A stretch of 61,719 bases of DNA, filler included. It is 4 parts of 4 records of this genome, joined end to end, with 100 filler letters (N's around TTAATTAATTAA, not from the genome) between each part and the next. Parts side by side here need not be neighbours in the genome. Positions count along the whole stretch, not along the records: positions 1 to 21,412 come from SRR20825006_2898; 3 more parts are not named here. One strand, 5' to 3'. The notes under the pieces were generated by a model. That model was not told the origin of the DNA. It worked only from the letters and a program-made list of their open reading frames with translations, and did not search any database. The first letter of the stretch is position 1, and each line of letters begins with the position of its first letter. A program made the translations under genes and the position numbers. Below, one piece after another: positions 9,819-19,027 of the stretch.

Positions 9819-10800
9819 TTAAATGAGCTCATTATACATATGTCGAAGGTTAACTTTTATTCTTTTGTCTTTTACTGGATTTCTAAATAATGCAAGGTTC
9901 GGAATTGTACTTAATTTTCAAGTTGTGAATTCTTCTTGTAGAAATTCCGTAAACTTTGGGGAAAGGAATTTTTCCTGTTCTGACCAAACTAAAATACGAT
10001 GGGTAAACAATCCCATCAAATCCTTTAGTGCTTATGTAAAGGCTTAATTCTTTTGATATTTCATAAGAATGCTTTGAAGCTAAAAACAACATTTGTTTTG
10101 ATAAATCTAGACTCTCAAATTCAGAACAACCTTCATCTATTAGTTCTGTAAAGTCTAAAAGTTTTAAAACTTTATTTGGTTTAAGCGTTGCAACATATAT
10201 TTCATCTTCTACAGTAATACGACATTCGTGGATACAAACTTCTAAATCTTGAGAACCATATAAAATTGGATGACTTTCACTATCTAACCTTCCATTTCCT
10301 GGATATGGCGAACTATCGTATTCATTTTCATTAGTTGGATCTTTGGGGTTAGTTCGAATCCTATAAAACAATTGGTTTTCTTTTAATAGAACCGTTGGAA
10401 ATTCATTGACTATCCTAATGAAGATTGATTTTCTTATTTCTTATTTTGTAAATCTTTTAGAGACTCAATCTCCTCAATCATCCATAGTCTGGGACCATAA
10501 TGAAAAAAGCCGACCCCTAGAGTTTTTTCAAAAAGTTTGATGTCATTTTGTAACGAGCCGGATAATTTAACATTTGTTTTTTGGTGTTCATTAAACTGAA
10601 TTATTGGAGCAGCTCCATAACCAGGTTTAAAAATACTGCCGACAACAAAAAATCTATAAGCTAAAGTTTCTATTTGTTCAGCGTTGAGAGTTTGAACAAT
10701 GTGTACAGTTTTCTGAATTTTCGATTCCATTACGCTCTACCAAGAGTTTAAGACCCTGGTCCATAAAACATTCTGAACATAATTTGTTGTTTAAATTCAT
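9819..10800 (-). pseudogene. RES-domain protein pseudogene (at least three frame disruptions)
   Basis: Four successive frames join into one protein: MNLNNKLCSECF..CTHC (from 10800), track ORF 10434-10730, ..QLFYRIR..GRLD..ILYGSQDLEVCIHECR..FDGIVYPS (RES R/E/S motifs), and a tail IPNLALFRNP..NELI* ending at 9819. Confidence 0.75.
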
Positions 10801-10902
10801 GCTTTCTTACATAAAATACAATGCTTTTTTTATTTTAAAGTTTTCAGGAAAAATCCGTATCGGTTGAATACTAGGCTTTTATAGAGATAATCAAAGAAGT
10901 AA

Positions 10903-10922
10903 GGTAACGATTTGGTAACGAT
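10903..10922. repeat. Tandem direct repeat GGTAACGAT x2 (11-bp period), possible integrase arm-type site
   Basis: GGTAACGAT-TT-GGTAACGAT in intergenic DNA, next to an orphan TATATTTG promoter-like element on the minus strand (~10975-10982). Confidence 0.4.
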
Positions 10923-11084
10923 GCTTATTGCTTTGCTTTTCAACGTGTTTCCGTTAGCTCATAGCAAATATAGAAAAATTGAGACAGAAATTTGTCTTCA
11001 GTTTTCTTAGAACTAAATGATGTTCTTAAATATTAAATTCACAGCATTGATTGCCTCTTTTACAAAGGTTCTTTATATAATTTC

Positions 11085-12428
11085 TTAATCCTCATCCAAT
11101 ACAAGTGCAAAAGTTTGACCTCTCTTGTTTTTGACGAATTCATCCGTCATTTTATGTTCATAGTCACTGGGTACAAAACCGTCTTTCCGTATCAATTTAT
11201 CTGCCCCTCCGGTAGATATCTCAGAAGCTTTTCCTGAAAAAAATTTGTATTGATTTAAGTCCATTTTGCTACCGCAGGTAATATATTTCTTAATTACGAT
11301 TCCTAATTCGTTGGGTTTTTTGTAGCAATTATCTTCCGATTTAACCCTTGTGCTTGTGCAGGGCGATATTGCATCTGACTTGTAGGAATAATAATTGGTG
11401 GTTTCATACTGATAGCCTTTTCGCTTGTTGCCGCCAATTATTTTTTTCTCTACAATGGTGTCCAGTTGTTGCTTTTGTCCTCCTCGTTGGGCATATTCCC
11501 ATTCTGCTTCTGTCATTAGGCGAAACTTCTTGCCTGTTTTTAAGTTGAGCATTTGGATAAAGTATAAAACATTTTCATAACTTAAAGATAAAGATTCTTT
11601 AGCGTTTATAGGATACCCGTCTTTTTTTGATAAATTAATGCTACCAGATTCAGTCTGTTTTTCATTTAAGAAGGATAAACCCATAATGTCATTTTCTGGA
11701 TAAAAATTCACCCAATAATACCGCTTTGTTTCGCTTAGGATAGCCCAAAGTATATCTTCTGTAAGATACTGGTTTACCACATAATAATTATAATCTAATT
11801 CAATTTTTTTTTGTGTCATAAACCCCATCGATTCTCTCCACTTGTAATTTTCTATTACTTCGCTGTCTGAATAATATACACCTTTTTTTGTCCAATGAGG
11901 TCTGTCCACCGTTCCCCTATAAAAAATCCCTTTTTCTACTTTGATGAGGTTATTGCAAAAATCCTCTATGATTTTTTCCTTATACTGTTTTTCCGCCGCA
12001 AGTAGGCTGTTAACTTTGGTGTCCCATTCTTGTTGGGTTTTGGGGTGGTGGTTTAATTGATTGGAGATGTTATAGACGTCCTTGTATTTATCTTCAAGGC
12101 CTTCAATATCATACTTGATTAGGTAGTTGTTGCAGTCTTTTCTTAGACCGTCAACCGTTTGAAAGCCCTGATAGATTTTGTCATAGCGGTATATCCCAAC
12201 AACCAGGTAGCTCTTTGCCATTATTTTCAGATAAAACACTGTGGGGTTTTTTAGTCCTTTGTTTTCTAGTTCTTCCAGTTTGTTGACACAGTCAACATAT
12301 CTTTTGTTTTCAAAATCTTTTTCGGCTTCTTCAAATTTAAGCTTGTCAATTGTGCCTTGGGCTTGCACGGCCATTGTGCCAAAGGCGAAAAGGATTAATA
12401 ATGCGATGTGTTTAACGGTATGTCTCAT
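11085..12428 (-). CDS. Exported protein with a divergent FGE-sulfatase (SUMF1/C-type-lectin fold) C-terminal domain
   Basis: Signal peptide ending VQA-Q; KTGKKFRLMTEAEWEYAQRGG and KKPNELG match FGE-family motifs; the canonical DMxGNVWEW is not recognisable. Confidence 0.7.
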   Translation of the reverse strand: MRHTVKHIALLILFAFGTMAVQAQGTIDKLKFEEAEKDFENKRYVDCVNKLEELENKGLKNPTVFYLKIMAKSYLVVGIYRYDKIYQGFQTVDGLRKDCNNYLIKYDIEGLEDKYKDVYNISNQLNHHPKTQQEWDTKVNSLLAAEKQYKEKIIEDFCNNLIKVEKGIFYRGTVDRPHWTKKGVYYSDSEVIENYKWRESMGFMTQKKIELDYNYYVVNQYLTEDILWAILSETKRYYWVNFYPENDIMGLSFLNEKQTESGSINLSKKDGYPINAKESLSLSYENVLYFIQMLNLKTGKKFRLMTEAEWEYAQRGGQKQQLDTIVEKKIIGGNKRKGYQYETTNYYSYKSDAISPCTSTRVKSEDNCYKKPNELGIVIKKYITCGSKMDLNQYKFFSGKASEISTGGADKLIRKDGFVPSDYEHKMTDEFVKNKRGQTFALVLDED

Positions 12429-12918
12429 TGCTGTCTTTCTTATTATGAATTGTAAAATATTTCGTTGATTGGTTTAACTGTAATCCTTTAATTTCTTCAC
12501 TTAGGCATTGGTATATTTCCATATAATCGGCATCTGTTTTTGCCTTTGTAAATTTTATTCTTGCATTGTCCACCAAAAATTTACTGTAAATACGGGCATT
12601 TTCCCGAAGTTCTTCTTTTTGCTTGTAACCTTTCTGATTGGAATACAACAACAAAAACGAAGAAATAAGAGGGAGAATGAATGTTGCTATTTTTAATTCT
12701 TTTTCTATTACAGGGAAATATCCTTGTAAGCCCACCAAAGCCGTAATTAATAGACCAATTACCGCAACAGACAAAAATAGGAGGTTATTCCAATTTTCGT
12801 ATTTGACAGATTCTTTATCATATTCTTTGTAATAATGTGTATAAATATGATTAATAAAATCCTCGGTTAATTGTTTGGGGTCTTTTGATGCCCAATTATC
12901 TACAAATGCTTCTTTCAT
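12412..12918 (-). CDS. SLATT/DUF4231-like two-TM protein, 168 aa
   Basis: Helical N-terminus, two hydrophobic helices (LLFLSVAVIGLLITALVGL; IATFILPLISSFLLL), then YKQKEELRENAR and a helical C-terminus, which is the SLATT architecture. Confidence 0.55.
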   Translation of the reverse strand: MKEAFVDNWASKDPKQLTEDFINHIYTHYYKEYDKESVKYENWNNLLFLSVAVIGLLITALVGLQGYFPVIEKELKIATFILPLISSFLLLYSNQKGYKQKEELRENARIYSKFLVDNARIKFTKAKTDADYMEIYQCLSEEIKGLQLNQSTKYFTIHNKKDSNETYR

Positions 12919-12929
12919 TGACCAACAGG

Positions 12930-13508
12930 TTACGCTTCCATTTTCAAAGCAAATTGTATGTTATATTTTCCTCCCATACCTCTTAAATCCTGAAATTCTT
13001 TAGGAAATTCAATTTTTGGGTCATCAATTGTATGTGAGAATGATTCTGCCCCTATTAAATCATCTTTTTTTAATGCCTTAAAAACAACAGATACGGCTCC
13101 GAGTAGAAAATCCAATAGCTTATCCATCGAAACTCCTTCAATCTTATCCTTTAAATCACTTATGATTGCTAAAAAAGTAGGATTTTCAAAGTCGGGTAGC
13201 TCTGTGAACGATTGTTGTAAACTTTCATATACATCTCCGCTGTCTTTTTCGAAAAGACCGAAAGCTACCGAAAAGGCTTCTGCTTCGCCCAAATCTACAG
13301 AGATTGACTTGGCATTCCCTTTTACTAAATCCAGAGCTTTAATAGTTGTTTTCTTGAACCCTTTGTTTATTGGGCTAACACCTGCATAAGCAACCCGAGG
13401 CAATGAACTACTATCTGCCTCCAACTGCTACATAAACTTCATCTGTCCAAACAAATCGGTTTTTCATTCGCAATGCAATTATGGTACCGAAATTTTTAAT
13501 GTCGCCAT
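12930..13508 (-). pseudogene. Uncharacterised gene with a disrupted 5' end (164-aa residual ORF)
   Basis: The in-frame ATG at 13508 reads MATLKISVP*LHCE*KTDLFGQMKFM*QLEADS.. with three stops; a shifted frame gives TDEVYVAV. The track ORF starts only at a TTG. Confidence 0.55.
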
Positions 13509-13578
13509 AACTATATTTTTTTTAATTTTTGCCTACTCTTTGTACCTGTTTTCGGCTTCGCAGGGATTTTACTTTTTA

Positions 13579-15468
13579 TTATTCAAAAATGATATTATAC
13601 TCCTTGGCCAGATAGGCAAAAAAATGTTCCTTGTCTTTGGCAAATTGAGGGAATCGCTCGTTAATGTGAGTATTGGTATAATATTGATTTGCATATTTTA
13701 ACATTGATCCTTCGGTCTTTTTTATTAACTGTTTTACCAAATCTACCGATAGCGCTACGTGATCATTGCCCCAGTCTTTCTGTTCTTTTGTGCTGTAAAG
13801 TAAAACGGCTTTCATAAGTAATGAGCCATAGCCAATTTTATTTACATCAATGTTTGTATTCCAACTCCAATATTCATAGGCTTTTTTGTATGATTGTTCA
13901 ACTCCCTTTCCTTCGTAGTAAAAGAGCCCCATTTTTGTATAATAATAATCCGATTGTTGAGTTGAATCCAAAGAATTAAATACACGTTCAAAATAGTTAA
14001 ATGCCTTTTCCCATTCTCCTAATTTTTCATAAATGCCAGCTAAATCAATAAACTTTCGAGTTGTCTCTAATGCTTTATCATTTTCTCCTAATCCTAATGT
14101 ATAATCATCTCGAAGTAGCCACTTTATTGCCTCATTATATAATTCCTTTTTATGCAATATAAGGGCCATTTTTCGAATGGCTTTTCCTTTCTCAGTATCT
14201 TGTGCATTTGGATTTTCTATTATTTTATTGTTTTCATAGGCAGTTTCTTTCAAATCTTTTTCTACAGTATTTCTATCCGAAGCTTGGTTTGCTGCTTTTT
14301 TATACCATTCAACGGCTTTCGTAGGATCTTTCTCTATGCCTTGACCGAAATAATACATATCACCTATTTGAATTTGAGCTTGGGGATATCCTGTACTTCT
14401 TGGAGGTAAAGTTTTTCCAAGTTGTTCATAAACTCCTTTAAGTTGTTCTATTTCTTTTTCATATACAACTAAAGGAATGGCGTCATCTGCCGCTTTCATG
14501 AACCATTCAAAAGCCTGAGATTCATTTTTTTCAACACCTTCTCGACCATATAGGTAGTAAACCCCAATTGTAAACATAATTTCATGTTTGCTGCTCATAA
14601 AGCGAAATTTGCCCTTGAATACACTAGTTCCAAACCCATTGTTGTGTCTATAATGTAATTTAGCATATTCTTTTTCAAAATTATCGGGAGCCCAAATCGG
14701 GTAATGTTTAATGACGCCTAAGTTTGCCTGATTATTATCTACAGCTCTTTTATACCAATGCAAGGCCTCTTTATAATTTTTTTGCATATCATAAGTATGG
14801 CCTACTAATACCTGAAAGGCTTTAAATTCCTTATTGGCGGCAATGAGCAGATACTCTCGTGCTTTTTCATATTCCCCTGCCAAAAAATAACTATAACCTG
14901 TATAATAAAGACCGTCGTAATAAACGCTTGTGCTGGCGTTGGATGCCTTTACTGCTTTTAAATAATATTCTAAAGCTTTATTTCTATCATTCCCTGCTGC
15001 TATGCAATAATTTCCTTTAGCTCGATAAAACATTGCTTCCGATTTAGGAAATAAACCCAAGAACGAACTTCCTTGCCCATTTAATTTATAAATTTCATAA
15101 ATTTCTTTATACTTGTCTTCTAAGCCCTCTATATCATAGTTACTTATAAAATAATCCACCTCTTTATGAAACTCGTCTATTTCTGCAAAATTATCGGGAA
15201 GATTTTTATATCCACCCGCTACCGATTTGCTTTTTTCATACCACAAAGCATAAAATGACTTGATATAGAGATGAGAAATATTAGGAGCTTTCAAACCTTT
15301 TTCCTTTAGTTGTTTGAGATTGTATAAAGTAGTAGTGTAATCCCCGCTCATATAGGCACTTTCCGCTTCCTCATATCGTAATTTATCAATAGTTCCCTGT
15401 GCCTGTACCGTTATTATACCAAAGGCGAAAAGGATTAATAATACGATGTGTTTAACTGAATACTTCAT
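13579..15468 (-). CDS. Exported Sel1-like/TPR repeat protein, 629 aa
   Basis: Signal peptide; Sel1 repeats (GVEKNESQAFEWFMKAA, IGDMYYFGQGIEKDPTKAVEWYKKAA, MGLFYYEGKGVEQSYKKAYEY). Confidence 0.85.
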   Translation of the reverse strand: MKYSVKHIVLLILFAFGIITVQAQGTIDKLRYEEAESAYMSGDYTTTLYNLKQLKEKGLKAPNISHLYIKSFYALWYEKSKSVAGGYKNLPDNFAEIDEFHKEVDYFISNYDIEGLEDKYKEIYEIYKLNGQGSSFLGLFPKSEAMFYRAKGNYCIAAGNDRNKALEYYLKAVKASNASTSVYYDGLYYTGYSYFLAGEYEKAREYLLIAANKEFKAFQVLVGHTYDMQKNYKEALHWYKRAVDNNQANLGVIKHYPIWAPDNFEKEYAKLHYRHNNGFGTSVFKGKFRFMSSKHEIMFTIGVYYLYGREGVEKNESQAFEWFMKAADDAIPLVVYEKEIEQLKGVYEQLGKTLPPRSTGYPQAQIQIGDMYYFGQGIEKDPTKAVEWYKKAANQASDRNTVEKDLKETAYENNKIIENPNAQDTEKGKAIRKMALILHKKELYNEAIKWLLRDDYTLGLGENDKALETTRKFIDLAGIYEKLGEWEKAFNYFERVFNSLDSTQQSDYYYTKMGLFYYEGKGVEQSYKKAYEYWSWNTNIDVNKIGYGSLLMKAVLLYSTKEQKDWGNDHVALSVDLVKQLIKKTEGSMLKYANQYYTNTHINERFPQFAKDKEHFFAYLAKEYNIIFE

Positions 15469-15472
15469 TTTC

Positions 15473-16969
15473 TTATTGTTTTATAGGATTTCCCCAATAG
15501 TCTAATTTGGGTTTCTTTGTTTGTGGCTGTGGCTGGGTGGTTGTTTTTTTTGCTTGCGTAGTGTTGGTCTTCTTGACAGGATTTCCCCAAAAGTCCAAAG
15601 TCTGCTCGTTGCTTTCTTTGGTTTGTTGTTTTACATTCGCATTCTTCCCGGCATAAAGAATGTCATTTGTTGTCATTCCTGTGCCTGTTATTTCGCTCTT
15701 AAACCTGCTTAAAGCTGTTTGGGCTTCCTGTTCAGAGGTGTAATAGCCGTGTATGTACTCGGTATAATTGGTCAGCTTGTTTATTTCTGCCTGTACCGTG
15801 GTTTTCATAGGCCAGGTTCCGTCCGGATATTGCCCAATGGCAAACACGTTGGAAACATAAATAAATTGTGCTTGTTCCCGAAAGTCATTAGCATGGGTAT
15901 AAATGAAATAGTACAGTTTGTTGCTGTTTACCTTTGTGGCAGAAGTAGGAAGTTCTCCTGTGGGGTAATTCTTTAATACGGATTTCCTACTTTCGGCAAG
16001 ATTTTCTTTGTTTCTGTTTTCAGCTTCCCGTTCCTTACGTTCTCTTTCCTCTCTTTCTTTCGCTTCTGCATATTCTCTCCGTTTTCTTTCCGCAGTCGAT
16101 TCCTCCCGCTCTCCATCGTCCTCTTCTTCATTTGCTTCTCTTACCCGTTGCCATTCATCTAAAGTTTGTTGGGTGTTGCTCAACGTTTGTTGGTAGGCTC
16201 CCCAAACGGGTTGTGATTGACTGTTATTAGTACTTCGTTGGCGGCTAGCGTTATTGTTTGAATTGTTTGATGAAGTATTGTTCTGGTTGTTGGATGACCT
16301 GTTATTAGAATTGTTATTACCAGTTGAGTTGGAGGTGTTTGATGAAGTATTCTGATTTTTCAGTAAGTCATAATTTTCACGCAACAAACGAACACGCTTT
16401 TTAATATCCTCTAAAGTAAATGACTCTATTGCAGAACAACTAATATTTATTGAACGAACCGCACCCACATTATTGTTATGTTTTTGACCTCCCCATTCGT
16501 TCCTGAACGTATCGTTATTAAAGCTGAAATGAATACTTGCCTGTTCGTTAATAGTACCGAGTTCTGTTTTTCCTCTAGCTGTAACCTTGGCATACGGACT
16601 AAAACTATGACTTCTTGGGCCATCAACACCGGCAGGAAAATCATGGGTTCCACAACTAAAACTGTTTCCGCTCTGCGTAAACCTAATGGCTTTTCCGTCC
16701 GACATTACAATTTCAAAATAATCAACAGATAGCGTTCCTTCTATGTAAAAACGCATATATTCTGAAGTGCGGTCAGAGCCCCTAATACCGTAGGTACTAA
16801 CATTAAAAGATAAATTACCTACCCGTAAGTTGGGAATAGAAGATAAAGATGATTTCAGTGTTTGTGCAATATTATTCGTGCCATTGATGCCAATGTCTTG
16901 TTGTTGACTAAAAACAGTATCGGTAATCAAAAAAAACAGCAGTAAAATACAGGCAATATTTTTTCTCAT
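15473..16969 (-). CDS. Uncharacterised secreted protein with Asn/Ser-rich linker, charged coiled coil and duplicated C-terminal motif
   Basis: Likely start MRKNIACILLLFFLITDTVFSQ (signal peptide) at 16969; the track start is 17053. NNNSNNRSSNNQNN linker, ERKRREYAEAKEREERERKERE coil, LDFWGNPVK/LDYWGNPIK. Confidence 0.7.
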   Translation of the reverse strand: MRKNIACILLLFFLITDTVFSQQQDIGINGTNNIAQTLKSSLSSIPNLRVGNLSFNVSTYGIRGSDRTSEYMRFYIEGTLSVDYFEIVMSDGKAIRFTQSGNSFSCGTHDFPAGVDGPRSHSFSPYAKVTARGKTELGTINEQASIHFSFNNDTFRNEWGGQKHNNNVGAVRSINISCSAIESFTLEDIKKRVRLLRENYDLLKNQNTSSNTSNSTGNNNSNNRSSNNQNNTSSNNSNNNASRQRSTNNSQSQPVWGAYQQTLSNTQQTLDEWQRVREANEEEDDGEREESTAERKRREYAEAKEREERERKEREAENRNKENLAESRKSVLKNYPTGELPTSATKVNSNKLYYFIYTHANDFREQAQFIYVSNVFAIGQYPDGTWPMKTTVQAEINKLTNYTEYIHGYYTSEQEAQTALSRFKSEITGTGMTTNDILYAGKNANVKQQTKESNEQTLDFWGNPVKKTNTTQAKKTTTQPQPQTKKPKLDYWGNPIKQ

Positions 16970-17176
16970 TAACAGTAAGTGTTTTTCCTTTTCATAACCA
17001 GCATTGGCAGTAAAAAGCATTACTGTAAAAGATCTTTTTTTAAATTTTTTCATTGTATTTAATTGATTGAATGTAGGATATTATAAAATTAATATCTCCC
17101 TTTTATTCCCACAATACCAAGTTCTTTGTATTTTACATGTTGATAAAATACCCTTAATTTGTAAAAAATAGTAGGG

Positions 17177-19027
17177 ATGTTTGTTCGGATAAGGTTATGT
17201 ATCGTCATGTTTTTTCTGGGAATGCTATGCGGCTATTCTCAAAGTAAAACCTATGAATTGAAAGGAGAGAATGATGACGACCTTTATCCTTACATGCTAT
17301 ATTGGAAAGATCTATCAACTACTAAAAACAGCCTTAATGAAGCGACCCATCAGCTTGAAAGGGGTGGCTTTAAGGCTTTTGATTCTAAAAAAGGCAAGAA
17401 TATGGGAGTTTTTCCCGAGCCTGTTTGGTTCTATATAAACGTAAAAAATATTTCGGATACTCATCAATATTACTGGTGGACTTTTTATACGCACGCTGAT
17501 ACGATAATTATCTATGAAAAACAACAATCAAACTGGATAGCAACGGATACCTTACTACGAAATAAAATGCTGCGAGAGCGTGAAATAAAACATCGTGCTC
17601 TTACTCATCCGGTTTTACTTAAAAATGGTCAGGAACGAGGTTATCTAGTAAAAATAATCAATTCGCGACATACTAAAAATTCATTTTTAAGTCTTACCAC
17701 ACCCACCCACCATCTGCTATGGGAGAATGGATTTTATTGGACTATCGGGAATTTTATCGGCATATTTCTATTGACAGGAATCGTAAGCCTCATTATTGGT
17801 ATTGTGACAAAAGAGCGAACATTTATTCTGTTTTTTATTTATATGCTTACGGTTTCGGTCCTTACCATGTACAATGAACTGATGAACCCTATCGTAAAGA
17901 ATGAAATTGTTTACTTCTTACTCAATCGCACGCATCCCTTACCTCTTTCGCTCATTGCAACCTGTCTCAATTTTTATATTGCAGATTGTATCTTTGGAAA
18001 AGTCAATAATTCTAAACTACTTCGTATTCTGAATTTGCTCAATACGATTTGCCTTGTCATAGGAAGTACATTTCTTGTTGTATATATGCTTTTTAACAAT
18101 AGTTTACATTCCGGTCAAACGCTCTTCCTTTTAGGATGGTATAGTATATTAGGCTGTATTTTTATCAGCATCATTGTAACGGCATTAAAAATAATCATCC
18201 TTTCCTTTGCATATAAAAAACTCTATTTTGGTGTTCCGTTTTTGCTACTCATTATCATTGTTAATCCAGCAACGTATAACTTGAATTATTCGGGAATTCT
18301 TTCTTTTTATGAAATTACTTACCCTAATTACTTCTATTGGTTTGCAAGTGCCCAATTTATTTTTATGGTTTTTTTAATAGGTTGGCGGTATAAGAAAAAC
18401 CTAGAATACAGGCATAAGCTGGAAATGGATTTTACTCAAAGAGAACTTTCTGCACTGAATGAGGAGCGAAAACAAATAGCAAGAGATTTGCATGACGAGC
18501 TTGGGGCTACCATAAATACCATAAAATTATTGGTAACCAATTCTTATCCCGAAAATAGACGCCTTATTGAAGCCGCAACTATTGCAGGTAATGATATTCG
18601 TGTTTTTTATAACAAGCTTTCTCATAAAACGACCGATAGCTCCCTTAAAGCAAGTATTGAAAAACTCGTGAGACTTCACAATGGTTATGAACGAATAAAA
18701 TTTAGCTGTGTTTTTACAGGAAATGAAATCTTACTTTCTGATGTTCAAAAGGAAAACATCTATAAAGTAATAAGTGAAATTTTAGCCAACACCCTCAAGC
18801 ATGCTCAGGCAACAGAAGTAACCATTCAGCTTTTGATTGACGATACTTCTGCCCAACTGATAGTGGAAGATAACGGAATCGGCTTTTCTGTTGAACAAAC
18901 CCAAAATGCAAAAGGAATGGGAATAAAAAACATTCGCCAAAGGATAGCGGTTATGAACGGAAAATTGCATATTTCGTCAGGCAAAGGAAATACAACCTAT
19001 ATTATTGATATTCCGATAAAAAAATGA
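17177..19027 (+). CDS. 7TM-DISM sensor histidine kinase (HisKA_3 type)
   Basis: Extracellular DISMED2-like region (PVWFYINVKN), ~7 TM helices, ERKQIARDLHDELG H-box, EILANTLKHAQA, VEDNGIGF, GMGIKNI. Confidence 0.9.
   Translation: MFVRIRLCIVMFFLGMLCGYSQSKTYELKGENDDDLYPYMLYWKDLSTTKNSLNEATHQLERGGFKAFDSKKGKNMGVFPEPVWFYINVKNISDTHQYYWWTFYTHADTIIIYEKQQSNWIATDTLLRNKMLREREIKHRALTHPVLLKNGQERGYLVKIINSRHTKNSFLSLTTPTHHLLWENGFYWTIGNFIGIFLLTGIVSLIIGIVTKERTFILFFIYMLTVSVLTMYNELMNPIVKNEIVYFLLNRTHPLPLSLIATCLNFYIADCIFGKVNNSKLLRILNLLNTICLVIGSTFLVVYMLFNNSLHSGQTLFLLGWYSILGCIFISIIVTALKIIILSFAYKKLYFGVPFLLLIIIVNPATYNLNYSGILSFYEITYPNYFYWFASAQFIFMVFLIGWRYKKNLEYRHKLEMDFTQRELSALNEERKQIARDLHDELGATINTIKLLVTNSYPENRRLIEAATIAGNDIRVFYNKLSHKTTDSSLKASIEKLVRLHNGYERIKFSCVFTGNEILLSDVQKENIYKVISEILANTLKHAQATEVTIQLLIDDTSAQLIVEDNGIGFSVEQTQNAKGMGIKNIRQRIAVMNGKLHISSGKGNTTYIIDIPIKK

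Noticed and set aside
11085-12428. FGE/C-lectin protein as target of a diversity-generating retroelement
   Set aside because: No reverse transcriptase, and I could see no template repeat differing at adenines in the contig
13425-13508. In-frame stops as recoding or an alternative genetic code
   Set aside because: All three stop types occur together with an apparent frameshift, and neighbouring genes use standard stops; decay is the simpler explanation
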